DNA of 64,000 bases from Bacteroidales bacterium (GTDB lineage: Bacteria; Bacteroidota; Bacteroidia; Bacteroidales; ML635J-15). The stretch is from contig JAITXI010000077.1 of assembly GCA_031284905.1 (NCBI GenBank), forward strand, positions 6,670 through 70,669. The letters run 5' to 3'. The notes below the pieces were generated by a model that saw only the letters and a program-made list of their open reading frames with translations, had not been told where the DNA came from and searched no databases. Made by a program: the position numbers and the translations under genes. Below are positions 18,088-28,292 of this stretch, piece after piece. Positions within the stretch are counted from its first letter, which is position 1, and each line of letters starts with the position of its first letter.

Positions 18088-20583
18088 ATGAAAAAATTTC
18101 TATTTATTTTTGTAATAATTTTAATAATTTTACCTGAAATTATTTTCTCTCAAAACGCAAATACAAAATCTAAAAGTACAATTTCCGGTACAATAACAGA
18201 TAAAAACACAAAGGAGCCATTGTTTGGTGTTAATATTACTGCTGTTTCTCTTGTAAATAAATCTTCCGGTACTTTTGGTTCGGCAACCGATTTTAGTGGA
18301 AATTATACTTTTTCAGTTCCTAATGACAAATATCAAATTACAGTTCAATATGTTGGTTACGAAATAATTATAGATACTGTAGATGTTAAATCTTTTATAG
18401 ATTTAGATTATATTATTACAGAATCTTCAGAAGTTTTGTCAGAAGTTGTTGTCAGTGCCGGTAAATTTGAACAAAAAATTTCTGAAATTACGGTTTCTAT
18501 GGAAGTTCTGAAACCTACTCAGCTAGAAAATAAAAATACTTATGATTTAACTTCTGCTTTAACAAAACTTTCAGGGGTAGATGTGAATGATGGGCAAATT
18601 AGTATTCATTCGAGTAGTGGTTGGAGTTATGGTGCAGGAAGTAGAGTTTTAATTTTGATGGACGAACTTCCTATTATGTCGGCGGATGTCGGAGATGTAA
18701 AATGGGATTTTATTCCCATGGAAAACATATCACAAATTGAAGTAATAAAAGGTGCTTCTTCTGCATTGTTTGGCTCTTCGGCTCTTGGTGGAGTAGTAAA
18801 TATTCGTTCTGCATATCCGGGTCCAAAACCTGAAACAAATGTGTCTTATTATGTAGGAACTTATGGAAACCCACGTGAAGATAGTTGGAAATGGTGGGGA
18901 AATGATTTTTATAATGATGATGCAGGAAGAAATCCTGTAGAAATTATTGGAAGAAAATCAATATATTATTTCTTTAGAGCTCCGATGTATAGTGGTTTAA
19001 GTTTTAATCATAAACAACAATTTGGAAATCTTGACTTAGTTATTGGAGGAAATAATACTTGTGATGAAGGATATCGTATAAACGATTATAAGCAAAATAC
19101 CAGATTCAATGTTAATACTAGATATAGATTTAAAAAAGTAGAAGGTTTAAGTGTCGGTTTTAATTCTAATTTTATGGCAACAATTAAAAGTGATTTTTTT
19201 AATTATGCTTCGGACACGACTCCTTTTTTACCAAATCCTAATGTATCGATGGTTTTTCCTACTCATGGTTTTAGATTTAATTTTGACCCGTTTGTTTATT
19301 ATTATAGCCCTCGCGATGGCGGTCGCTATAGTTTACGTACTCGATATTTTAGAACAAATAATATTAATAGTGACGAAAGTAAAAGTAGTACAAGTGATAC
19401 CTATTATGCAGAATTTCAATATAATAATACTTTTGCAAAAAGATGGATAGTAACAGCAGGGATAGTAGAGTCTTATTCTAAAGTGTATGCAAATTTGTTT
19501 GGAAATCATACTGCAAATAATACTTCGCTATATGCACAATTAGATGCAAAATTTAATCGTTTAAAAATTTCTTTGGGACTTAGAGGAGAATACTTTATGC
19601 TTGATTCTGAACATTCGGAAACTGCAGTTAAAAATTTTCCAATTAGACCGGTTGCCAGAGTAGGATTAAATTACGAATTAACAGAAAAAACTTTTATTCG
19701 TGCTTCTATTGGTCAGGGTTATAGATTCCCTTCTATTTCGGAGAAATATACTTCTACAGACTTAGGTGGTGCTGCAATTCACCCGAATCCTAATGCTCTT
19801 CCTGAAACAGGTTGGAATACTGAAATAGGTTTAAAACAAGGTTTTAATATTTCAAGTAATTGGAAAGGGTTTGCAGACTTTTCTATTTACCACCAACAAA
19901 TGCATAATATGTTGGAATTTTCTTTTGGTATTTTTGACCATAATACAGGAAAAGAAGTCCCATTAATTCTTGATAGTTTAGATGCTATAGATACTCTTGA
20001 AATAGGATTTATCGCAAAAAACATGAATGATGTAATGATTTCAGGTTTCGATATTAGTACCGGAATAGTAGGAAAGATAAACAGAGCTACTCTTTCTGCT
20101 ACACTTTCTTATTCCTATAATTACCCATTGCATAAAGATGGAGCAGACGAAACTGCGTCTACTACTACAAATTTGTTAAAATATCGTTTCAAACATTCTA
20201 TTAAAGCTGATTTTCAAATTGATGCTAAAAGATTAATAGCAGGGCTATCTGTAGAATGGAAAAGTGCTATTAAAAATGTAGATAGAATTTTCTGTGATGA
20301 AAGAGATTTAGCTGATTTAAGTACAGAGCAGGATATAGCATATTATTTTTATGGAGAATTATTAAGTAATCAAGTTCTGATTCCGGGATACTGGAATTAT
20401 AGAAAAGAAAATGCAAAAAAGACATTTTTAAATATAGATGTTAATTTTGGATTTAATTTTAGTCACAATGTTAAAGCTGTCTTCGTTGTAAGAAATTTAT
20501 TGAATCAAACATTCTCCGGGAGACCGGCTGATATTTGTGCTCCTCGAAGATATGAAGTAATGGTAACTTATAAATTTAATTAG
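18088..20583 (+). CDS. TonB-dependent receptor with N-terminal CarboxypepD_reg domain
   Basis: ISGTITDKNTKEPLFGVNI (Cna/CarboxypepD_reg). Plug motif IEVIKGASSALFGSSALGGVVNI. Long beta-barrel. ATG at 18088 preceded by in-frame GTG at 18064. Confidence 0.9.
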   Translation: MKKFLFIFVIILIILPEIIFSQNANTKSKSTISGTITDKNTKEPLFGVNITAVSLVNKSSGTFGSATDFSGNYTFSVPNDKYQITVQYVGYEIIIDTVDVKSFIDLDYIITESSEVLSEVVVSAGKFEQKISEITVSMEVLKPTQLENKNTYDLTSALTKLSGVDVNDGQISIHSSSGWSYGAGSRVLILMDELPIMSADVGDVKWDFIPMENISQIEVIKGASSALFGSSALGGVVNIRSAYPGPKPETNVSYYVGTYGNPREDSWKWWGNDFYNDDAGRNPVEIIGRKSIYYFFRAPMYSGLSFNHKQQFGNLDLVIGGNNTCDEGYRINDYKQNTRFNVNTRYRFKKVEGLSVGFNSNFMATIKSDFFNYASDTTPFLPNPNVSMVFPTHGFRFNFDPFVYYYSPRDGGRYSLRTRYFRTNNINSDESKSSTSDTYYAEFQYNNTFAKRWIVTAGIVESYSKVYANLFGNHTANNTSLYAQLDAKFNRLKISLGLRGEYFMLDSEHSETAVKNFPIRPVARVGLNYELTEKTFIRASIGQGYRFPSISEKYTSTDLGGAAIHPNPNALPETGWNTEIGLKQGFNISSNWKGFADFSIYHQQMHNMLEFSFGIFDHNTGKEVPLILDSLDAIDTLEIGFIAKNMNDVMISGFDISTGIVGKINRATLSATLSYSYNYPLHKDGADETASTTTNLLKYRFKHSIKADFQIDAKRLIAGLSVEWKSAIKNVDRIFCDERDLADLSTEQDIAYYFYGELLSNQVLIPGYWNYRKENAKKTFLNIDVNFGFNFSHNVKAVFVVRNLLNQTFSGRPADICAPRRYEVMVTYKFN

Positions 20584-20597
20584 TAAATATTTTTTAT

Positions 20598-21860
20598 ATG
20601 AAAAAAACTATAGTTTTATTTATTTTTTGTTTTGCGTTTGCAAATATTAATTTGTTTTCACAAGCTATTTGTGAATGTACCTCAGATCCTAATTGTATTG
20701 ACATAGTCGGTGGTACGAATAATGCTAAACCTGGAGAAGTATGTCCGGAAACTTTGCCTGTCGGAACTGTTGGTGTGCATTATAGTGTAACTTTGACAAT
20801 AATACCTCCGACATCAGCTGAAGTTGGAGGTATTACAGTTAACGCTATAGCAGCTATAAAAATTATGTCTGTTCAGGGTTTACCAACTGGTTTTTCGTAT
20901 TGTCAAAGTTCTGAATATTTAGTTTCCGGTCAGAGAAGTTGCGTCGTTCTTTCCGGTACGACTACAGAATCCGGACATTTTCCAATAACCTTAAACCTTA
21001 AAGCATACGGCTCAGCTGCAGGTATTTATTTTGCACTTCCCAATGGAAATGTAACAGATAATACTCTTTTTATAGATATTGAACCAGGCGTTATAGTTGT
21101 CGCTCCGATTGCAAATTTCTATGTAAACAAAACAGATCCTACAATTAACGAACCTATTCAATTTACAGATATGAGTATAAACGAACCAACTTCCTGGTTA
21201 TGGAATTTTGGCGATCAAACAACTTCTATAGAACAAAATCCGGCACATACTTATCAATCTGAAGGCAATTACACTGTTTCACTAACAGTTTCTAATGCTG
21301 AAGGAGCAAATACTAAATCAATGCCTGCTTATATTCATGTACATGCAACTGCAACCGAAGTTGCCCCTGTTGCCCAATTTACTGTAGATAAAACTAATCC
21401 TGCTGTAAATGAATCTATTCAATTCACAGATATGAGTGCAAATGCTCCAACTTCTTGGCAATGGGATTTTGGGGACGGATTAGGAGCAACAACTCAAAGT
21501 CCTGCTCATACTTATCACAATATTGGAGATTTTACCGTTACTTTAATAGCTGAAAATGGTACGGGAAAAGATACGATAACAAAAGAAAATTTTATTCATG
21601 TTAAAACAAATGCAATTGCTTCTAATGAAATTTTCAATAGTGTTTTAGTTTATCCAAATCCTGCAAATAATGAATTAACTGTTGAAGCTGAGAATGTTGA
21701 ATCTATTACAATTCTTGATGTCAGAGGCTTAGTGGTTTATTATGGTCAAACTAAAGATAAAGTAAATAACATAGATATTAGTAATTTGCCTAACGCAAAC
21801 TATATAGTTAAAGTAAAAGTAAAAGACCAAATGGTAACAAAAGCTTTATTAAAACAATAA
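20598..21860 (+). CDS. T9SS cargo protein with Ig-like N-terminal region and two tandem PKD domains
   Basis: Two PKD units sharing IQFTDMS..PTSW.W.FGD....Q.PAHTY. C-terminal VLVYPNPANNELTVEA...YIVKVKV sorting domain. Confidence 0.85.
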   Translation: MKKTIVLFIFCFAFANINLFSQAICECTSDPNCIDIVGGTNNAKPGEVCPETLPVGTVGVHYSVTLTIIPPTSAEVGGITVNAIAAIKIMSVQGLPTGFSYCQSSEYLVSGQRSCVVLSGTTTESGHFPITLNLKAYGSAAGIYFALPNGNVTDNTLFIDIEPGVIVVAPIANFYVNKTDPTINEPIQFTDMSINEPTSWLWNFGDQTTSIEQNPAHTYQSEGNYTVSLTVSNAEGANTKSMPAYIHVHATATEVAPVAQFTVDKTNPAVNESIQFTDMSANAPTSWQWDFGDGLGATTQSPAHTYHNIGDFTVTLIAENGTGKDTITKENFIHVKTNAIASNEIFNSVLVYPNPANNELTVEAENVESITILDVRGLVVYYGQTKDKVNNIDISNLPNANYIVKVKVKDQMVTKALLKQ

Positions 21861-21888
21861 AAACTAAATTGTAAAAATTAACAAATAT

Positions 21889-21941
21889 TCTTTCGGACTT
21901 AGTGATAATAAAAATTAAAATACAGTCCGAAAGATTTTTTT
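21889..21941 (+). terminator. Intrinsic terminator
   Basis: Perfect 10-bp stem TCTTTCGGAC (21889-21898) / GTCCGAAAGA (21925-21934) followed by TTTTTTT. Confidence 0.8.
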
Positions 21942-21973
21942 GTAAAAAAATATAAATATTAAGAAAAAAATAT

Positions 21974-21981
21974 TATTTTTG
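21974..21981 (+). promoter_or_regulatory. Bacteroidota-type -7 box (TATTTTTG)
   Basis: TAnnTTTG match 18 nt upstream of the efp ATG. Confidence 0.4.
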
Positions 21982-21998
21982 CACGAAAAATATAAATT

Positions 21999-22562
21999 AT
22001 GGCAACAACAGCAGATATAAAAAACGGATTAACCATAGAATTTAATGGTAAACTTTATCAAATTGTTTATTTTCAACATGTAAAACCCGGTAAAGGTGGT
22101 GCTTTTGTAAGAACAAAAATGAAAAGTTTAGAAAATGGTAGAGTTATAGAAAATACATTTAATTCAGGAGTAAAAATAGATATCGTTAGAATAGAAAGAC
22201 GTCCTTATCAATTTCTTTACAAAGATGATATGGGTTATAATTTTATGCACTCTGAAACTTTTGAACAAATTTCTATGCAAGAAGCTCTTATCGAAGGTGT
22301 TGAATTTTTAAAAGAAGGTCAAGAAGTTGAAGTTATTGTTCATGCTGAAACAGAAACTCCTCTTTCTTGCGAGTTACCTCCTTTTATTATTGTTGAAATA
22401 ACTTATACAGAACCAGGACTAAAAGGAGATACTTCTACAAATGCTCTAAAACCTGCAACTATAGAAACAGGTACAACAGTTATGGTTCCGCTTTTTATCG
22501 AAATTGGCGAAAAAATAAAAGTTGATACTCGCACAAAAGAATATGTTGAAAGATCAAAATAA
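21999..22562 (+). CDS. efp: Translation elongation factor P
   Basis: [18 protein letters not shown] loop motif. 187 aa. Confidence 0.97.
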   Translation: MATTADIKNGLTIEFNGKLYQIVYFQHVKPGKGGAFVRTKMKSLENGRVIENTFNSGVKIDIVRIERRPYQFLYKDDMGYNFMHSETFEQISMQEALIEGVEFLKEGQEVEVIVHAETETPLSCELPPFIIVEITYTEPGLKGDTSTNALKPATIETGTTVMVPLFIEIGEKIKVDTRTKEYVERSK

Positions 22563-22615
22563 TATGCTATATTTATATCTCTTTGCTTTTTAACAAATAG
22601 ATATATATTTTAAAA

Positions 22616-23083
22616 ATGAAATATTCTTACGATTACCCACGTCCAACAGTTACTGTTGATGCTATCATTACAAAAATAATCTTAACTGAAATTCTTCTAA
22701 TACAAAGAAAAAACGAACCTTTTAAGAATTTTTGGGCTTTGCCGGGTGGTTTTGTAGAAATGAATGAAAGTTTAGAAGAAGCAGTCGCAAGAGAAGTTTT
22801 AGAAGAAACAAATTTGCAAATCATTGAATTTCAGCAATTTAAAACTTTTGGAGATGTAAATCGAGACCCACGTGGAAGAACTATTACAGTAGTTTTTTAT
22901 TCTCATATAAACGAAACTCTTATTCCAAAAGCCGGAGATGATGCTGAAAACTGTAAATGGTTTGAAATCAGTGATTTGCCAAAATTAGCTTTCGACCATG
23001 AAAAAATTATTAACGAATATATTATGATAATCAAAAATCTTATGAAAGTACTCATCAATAAGAATTTTTCTGTGTGTCCATAA
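22616..23083 (+). CDS. NUDIX hydrolase (ADP-ribose pyrophosphatase-like)
   Basis: Nudix box GGFVEMNESLEEAVAREVLEETNL. 155 aa. Confidence 0.85.
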   Translation: MKYSYDYPRPTVTVDAIITKIILTEILLIQRKNEPFKNFWALPGGFVEMNESLEEAVAREVLEETNLQIIEFQQFKTFGDVNRDPRGRTITVVFYSHINETLIPKAGDDAENCKWFEISDLPKLAFDHEKIINEYIMIIKNLMKVLINKNFSVCP

Positions 23084-23386
23084 CAACCCATTATGATTCT
23101 CAATTTAGTTTTTAAATCCGTAAATTGTCCTTCCAATCCATTTACTTATAATGGTTTCGTCCTCCATTTTGACCATTAAGCCAACAATAACATGTCTAAA
23201 TGCCATATTGTAGATTTTCATAAAGAATATTATTTGCTAATTTGATAACATTTTAGTATAAATAAAGTATCTGAAAAAAGTTTAACAAGTTGTTAGGAAA
23301 GACAATAAATAAAAATTTATGACGAGCATTATCTAAACGGAACAAAAAAACATCAATAAAAACTCCTATAAAATAATTCACTTATT

Positions 23387-23989
23387 CTACTTATAGAAAT
23401 TCATTTTCTGAATATATCTCCAAACATTCTCATGTAGAAAAAAACGCATATCTCTATTTGCTTTTATTCCTTCTCTAATAAAACTTGAAGAAATTTCATA
23501 TTCGGGTGCTTCGATTATTTTAATATTGGCATTTTTTATTTTCATCAAATTGTTAAAGGTTTCTTCAAAATCATAATTTGGGCGTTTGTAAACAAAAAGT
23601 TTGTAATTTTTTAAAATTATTTTATAATTTTTCCATTTATGAAAATTATTCAAATTATCACTGCCTATCAATAAAGCAAATTTTTTTGTTGGATATTTTT
23701 CTTGTAGATATGTGAGAGTATTTATCGTGTAATTAGGTTTTGGGAGGTAAAATTCGATGTCAGAAACTTTAAATTTTGAATAATCACCTATAGCTAATTC
23801 CAACATATATTTTCGTTGTCGGTCGTCTAATAGATTTTGATTTTGTTTTAAAGGATTTTGTGGAGTAACAATAAACCAAAATTCTTTAATATATTGAAAT
23901 TCAGCGAAATAATTGGCAATAGCCAAATGTCCGATATGAATAGGATTAAACGATCCGAAATATAATAATGTTTCTATGTTATTTGGCAT
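23387..23989 (-). CDS. nadD: Nicotinate-nucleotide adenylyltransferase
   Basis: GSFNPIHIGHLAIA (HxGH) motif. 200 aa. Confidence 0.92.
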   Translation of the reverse strand: MPNNIETLLYFGSFNPIHIGHLAIANYFAEFQYIKEFWFIVTPQNPLKQNQNLLDDRQRKYMLELAIGDYSKFKVSDIEFYLPKPNYTINTLTYLQEKYPTKKFALLIGSDNLNNFHKWKNYKIILKNYKLFVYKRPNYDFEETFNNLMKIKNANIKIIEAPEYEISSSFIREGIKANRDMRFFLHENVWRYIQKMNFYK

Positions 23990-25133
23990 TTAGAATTTTT
24001 ATTTCAAAAACTAATGTAGTAAAAGGAGGAATTATTCCTGTTTTTGTATCTCCATAAGCGAGTGAGAAAGGAATTACTAAAATTGCATGATCGCCAACTT
24101 TCATTTCTTGAACTCCCTGCTCTAATCCTTCGATTACTTCTTTTTTACCAACAACAAAGCTAAACGGATCATTTCTTTCAATTGTTGAATCAAAAACTCT
24201 CCCGTCAATAAATGAAGCTGTATAGTCAATTGTAACTTCGTTACCTGATTTTACTTTTTTTCCTGAGCCTTTTTCTATTGAAATAATACTTAAGCCGGAA
24301 TTTAATTTTTTTCGAGGCTTATTTATAGTTTGTATAAATTGTTCAATCAAATTTTGCTCTTGTTCGATATTAAATTTATATATTTCTGCATTATTTTTAA
24401 CAAATTCGTCAATAATTTCAATTTTTTTCATTTTAATGTTAAAAATAAGTTTGTCGTCTTTTTTTATAAAATTGGGTAAATTTACTTTTTTCTGTGAAAA
24501 ATGAAAAAAATTAGCTGCATCGATTTTAAAGATAGCGCTATCGCCTTCTGTGAGCATTCCAAATGCTTCTTCAATACAACCTCCTTTATGTGAGGCAGTT
24601 GTTAGTTTCATTTTAAAAATATCAGAAACGTTTTTTGTATCAAAAATTAAAGAATCTTTTTCGGTTTTATAAGTCATTTCTACCGTAATAACATTTCCAG
24701 GAATAGGATATTTTTTTCCTTTTCCGGAAATTATATAACGATATTCTAATCCTGTTTTAGTTTTTTGAAAAATCTTATCCTGTTGATTAATAACATATTC
24801 AGATTTACCATCTTCTCCAATAATTAATACGGCAACATTGTTTGAAACGGAATCTATTATATAATTAAAATTTTCAAGTTTTGCCGTATCAGCAATATTA
24901 TTTTTAACTTTTTCTGTTTTTTTTTTGTTATTTTTACAAGAAAAAGTTAAAAATAAAAGAAATAAAAATATAAATAAGAATGAATATTTAAAAAGTATAT
25001 TTAAAAGCCATCCAATAAACTGTCGTCTTTGCAGAGCTAATTTTGCAAGCGAACTTCTTTCTCTGAAGCTAAAGCCTAGTATTAAAAAAGTATAATCCTT
25101 GCAGGACATTGTGGAAATTTTATTTTTAGCCAT
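23979..25133 (-). CDS. FKBP-type peptidyl-prolyl cis-trans isomerase lipoprotein
   Basis: C-terminal FKBP core (DYTASFIDGRVFDST...VIPFSLAYG). Lipobox LTFSC preceded by an unusually long basic N-terminal extension. Confidence 0.85.
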   Translation of the reverse strand: MAKNKISTMSCKDYTFLILGFSFRERSSLAKLALQRRQFIGWLLNILFKYSFLFIFLFLLFLTFSCKNNKKKTEKVKNNIADTAKLENFNYIIDSVSNNVAVLIIGEDGKSEYVINQQDKIFQKTKTGLEYRYIISGKGKKYPIPGNVITVEMTYKTEKDSLIFDTKNVSDIFKMKLTTASHKGGCIEEAFGMLTEGDSAIFKIDAANFFHFSQKKVNLPNFIKKDDKLIFNIKMKKIEIIDEFVKNNAEIYKFNIEQEQNLIEQFIQTINKPRKKLNSGLSIISIEKGSGKKVKSGNEVTIDYTASFIDGRVFDSTIERNDPFSFVVGKKEVIEGLEQGVQEMKVGDHAILVIPFSLAYGDTKTGIIPPFTTLVFEIKILNAK

Positions 25134-25161
25134 ATTGATTGCTGTCTATTTTTCTTATACT

Positions 25162-26025
25162 TTATAGAATATCAATTAATTCTATATCAAAAATTAAAGT
25201 TGTATATGGCAGAATTTTACTATTTCCTACACTTCCATAAGCAAGTTTCGATGGAATAAAAAGCATAGCGCTTCCACCTTTTTTCATTTTTAATATTCCT
25301 TCCTCCAAACCTTTAATTACTTGATTTCTACCAATTTTAAATTGAAAAGGTTTTTTATCTAATGTTGTTTCAATCAAAGTTCCGTCTAACAATGTTACTG
25401 TATAATTTAATACTATATTATTATTTGTCGTTGGAAAATTTCCACTTCCTTGTTTTGTTTCAAAAAAGACTAATCCTGTTTCTGTCGGTTTTATTTTAAT
25501 ATTAGCGTTTTTTAAATAAGTTGAAAGAAGTTCGTTTTCTACAATTGTATCTTTATGATACTGATTATCAATTACTCGTGTTCTTTCTTGGCTATCCATT
25601 ACATCAATTAATTTCACTTTAAAAATTAATTTATCATCGAATTTAATATTTTCCGGTAAAACTTCGAGTTTTTCAGTATAATGGTAATAATTTTCAGCAT
25701 TTACGTAGAAAACGATAGAGTCACCTTCTGATAATAAATTTAAACCGTCTTCAAAACTACCTCCAACATGAGAAGCAGGAGATATTTTACGTAAATATTT
25801 TCTATCTGATTTTTTAGAATCAAATAAAATTGTTCCATCTTCTTTTTCACTTGTCAGATTTAGCTCAACAATATCGTCTAAAGCTACTTTTTGAGCATTT
25901 TTGTTTTCTGATTTTATTAATTTATATTGCAAACCGCTTGAATCTGTTTGAAAAGTAGATTTTTTGTTGCAACCAAATGTTATTAAGCAGATTATGACAA
26001 GTAAATAATTTATTTTTATTACCAT
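25162..26025 (-). CDS. FKBP-type peptidyl-prolyl cis-trans isomerase lipoprotein (paralog)
   Basis: FKBP core (NYTVTLLDGTLIETT...FIPSKLAYG). Lipobox ITFGC. Confidence 0.88.
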   Translation of the reverse strand: MVIKINYLLVIICLITFGCNKKSTFQTDSSGLQYKLIKSENKNAQKVALDDIVELNLTSEKEDGTILFDSKKSDRKYLRKISPASHVGGSFEDGLNLLSEGDSIVFYVNAENYYHYTEKLEVLPENIKFDDKLIFKVKLIDVMDSQERTRVIDNQYHKDTIVENELLSTYLKNANIKIKPTETGLVFFETKQGSGNFPTTNNNIVLNYTVTLLDGTLIETTLDKKPFQFKIGRNQVIKGLEEGILKMKKGGSAMLFIPSKLAYGSVGNSKILPYTTLIFDIELIDIL

Positions 26026-26075
26026 AAATAATTTATTTTTATTTATTTAACGTTATTTGTATAAAAAAATTGTAA

Positions 26076-26819
26076 TTATTCATTTAAACAACCTTCTGTA
26101 AAAAGTAATTTTTTATCTTCGTTATTTTCAAAAATAATATTCGGGCATTGTGCCGTAAATAAATACACATAACCGAGTTTGATTTCAATAAATTTTAAGT
26201 ATCCATAACAAGAAATATTACTATATCCAACTGAATTATGCATTAAATCAAGATGATTACATTTAAAATTTTCAGCATGTAAATTCCCTTTACCATAATT
26301 TAGAAATGAAACCCAAGCAGCTACACCTCTAATGTAATAATCTCCTGTAGTATAAATAAATTTACCTGAAAAAAGCGTACAATCCAAGTTTAAATCGCAA
26401 CTAACAATTTTTGCTTTAACTTCAAGGAGAAATTTATCATACTTTAAAATTCCATCTGTACGAATATTACAAGCTTCATCAACTAATACTTCTTCTATAT
26501 TAGGTGCGGTAATTCTTATTTTTGGCATATCTTCTTTTTTCAACCAAGTGCAATTATAATCATTTTTTAAATTTAATGTGTCATTTTTTCTTTCCATACT
26601 TATCATTGGAATTATGTTTTCATAAGTTTCAACAGTTATCGAATAAACAGAACTATCAACTAATGTAATATCAAACATACTGTTTAATTTCAAAGTCTTA
26701 AATTCTGATAAAAATTCTTTTTTTACCATTTTCTTTCCTAAATGTTTCAAACAATTATTATTATTTGAACAAGAAATGAATAAAATAAATATAATAAAAA
26801 TAAAATAATGCTGTTTCAT
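26076..26819 (-). CDS. Lipoprotein, DUF2807-like (putative beta-helical adhesin-head fold)
   Basis: Signal peptide with lipobox FISC. 247 aa. Family assignment is from recalled pattern only. Confidence 0.5.
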   Translation of the reverse strand: MKQHYFIFIIFILFISCSNNNNCLKHLGKKMVKKEFLSEFKTLKLNSMFDITLVDSSVYSITVETYENIIPMISMERKNDTLNLKNDYNCTWLKKEDMPKIRITAPNIEEVLVDEACNIRTDGILKYDKFLLEVKAKIVSCDLNLDCTLFSGKFIYTTGDYYIRGVAAWVSFLNYGKGNLHAENFKCNHLDLMHNSVGYSNISCYGYLKFIEIKLGYVYLFTAQCPNIIFENNEDKKLLFTEGCLNE

Positions 26820-26855
26820 AATAAAAATTACAATAAATTTTCAAAACTAAAATAA

Positions 26856-27896
26856 ATGACAAAACTAAAAAAAATTATCCTATTTTCATTGATATTTTTA
26901 ATATTTTTATTAATTTTTATTTTAATTATTGGAAGGAGGTATTATAATAATATCTATTCTCCAAACGTAAAAAACATAGAGTCAGAATATTACATCTATA
27001 TTAAAACTAATTCTAATTTTGATAGCGTAATAAATATTTTAGAACAATCTGACAAAATTATAGATATTGAATCATTCAAATTTGTTGCAAAATTGAAAAA
27101 ATATCATGATAAAATTTATCCCGGAAAGTATAAAATAACAAAATTAATGTCAAATAACGAATTAATTAATAATTTACGAAGTGGAAAACAGAGTACTGTA
27201 AAACTTTCATTTATTAGTGTAAGAAATTTAGATATTTTAGCCGGAAAATTATCATACTTTTTAGAACCGGATTCTATAGAATTTTCTCAAGCATTTAAAA
27301 ATAACAATATTATTCAAGAATACAATTTTAAAAGGGAAATATTTATGTCGTTTTTCATTCCAAATACTTATGAGTTCTATTGGAACACTTCGGTTGAAGA
27401 TTTTATAAGAAGAATGAATAAAGAATATGAAAATTTTTGGAATGAAAGTCGCAAAGAAAAAGCAGAAGAAATTGGATTGACACAAATTGAAGTTAGTATT
27501 TTAGCGTCAATCGTTGAAGAAGAAACAAATAAAAATGATGAAAAAACAATAATTGCAGGAATATACATAAATCGGCTAAATAAAGAAATGTTGCTACAAG
27601 CAGATCCAACTGTAAAATTTGCTGTTGGAGATATTACTCTTACAAGAATTTTAAATCGACATTTAGAAATTGACTCTCCATATAATACATATAAATATAA
27701 AGGGTTGCCCCCAGGTCCGATTTGTGTTCCATCAATTTCTTCAATAGATGCTGTTTTAAATGCTGAAAAACATAATTATTTATATTTCTGTGCAAAACCG
27801 GATTTTTCAGGTTATCATAATTTTGCAATAAGTTTGTCCCAACATAATATTTATGCAAAACAATATCATGACGCTTTGAGAAAAATAAAACGATAA
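26856..27896 (+). CDS. mltG: Endolytic murein transglycosylase MltG (YceG-like)
   Basis: N-terminal TM. ILASIVEEE and LQADPTV motifs. 346 aa. Confidence 0.9.
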   Translation: MTKLKKIILFSLIFLIFLLIFILIIGRRYYNNIYSPNVKNIESEYYIYIKTNSNFDSVINILEQSDKIIDIESFKFVAKLKKYHDKIYPGKYKITKLMSNNELINNLRSGKQSTVKLSFISVRNLDILAGKLSYFLEPDSIEFSQAFKNNNIIQEYNFKREIFMSFFIPNTYEFYWNTSVEDFIRRMNKEYENFWNESRKEKAEEIGLTQIEVSILASIVEEETNKNDEKTIIAGIYINRLNKEMLLQADPTVKFAVGDITLTRILNRHLEIDSPYNTYKYKGLPPGPICVPSISSIDAVLNAEKHNYLYFCAKPDFSGYHNFAISLSQHNIYAKQYHDALRKIKR

Positions 27897-28262
27897 GGTG
27901 ATAAAATTAATCAAAAAATATTTTATGTAAAAATTATTGTTTAATATATTGAAAAAGCCGGTATTGTCGAAAATAGTTTTTTACGTCAAATTGAAGAAAG
28001 TGCTGTGAGACATTACAAATAAGATTCTTATACAATATTGAAATTACTGATATAAAAAAAATACATTATTTTCATAAAAGCAGATTACGTTCGAGAGGAA
28101 GAATATGGTTCACATAATGTGAAATTTCTCCGAAGTTTTGATATACGTTAGCAAGATTCTACTAACTTTTGTATTTAGTGATTAAAAAAGTCCATTATAA
28201 AACATCTTTTTCTCTTCAAATCATTTCTCTTCAATTTATTTTGAATTTTCATAAATTTTCAT

Positions 28263-28270
28263 TAAATTTG
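28263..28270 (+). promoter_or_regulatory. Bacteroidota-type promoter (-7 TAAATTTG with -33 TTTG)
   Basis: TAnnTTTG lies 23 nt upstream of the ATG. TTTG at 28240-28243 is 19 nt upstream of the -7 box. Confidence 0.55.
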
Positions 28271-28292
28271 TCAATAATAATTTTAGGTAATT

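Noticed and set aside
23105-23221. 38-codon minus-strand ORF (MKIYNMAFRHVIVGLMVKMEDETIISKWIGRTIYGFKN) in the 300-nt gap between the NUDIX gene and nadD
   Set aside because: It has no recognisable motif, is very short and sits in AT-rich DNA where such ORFs arise by chance. It could be a gene fragment, but I cannot support that.
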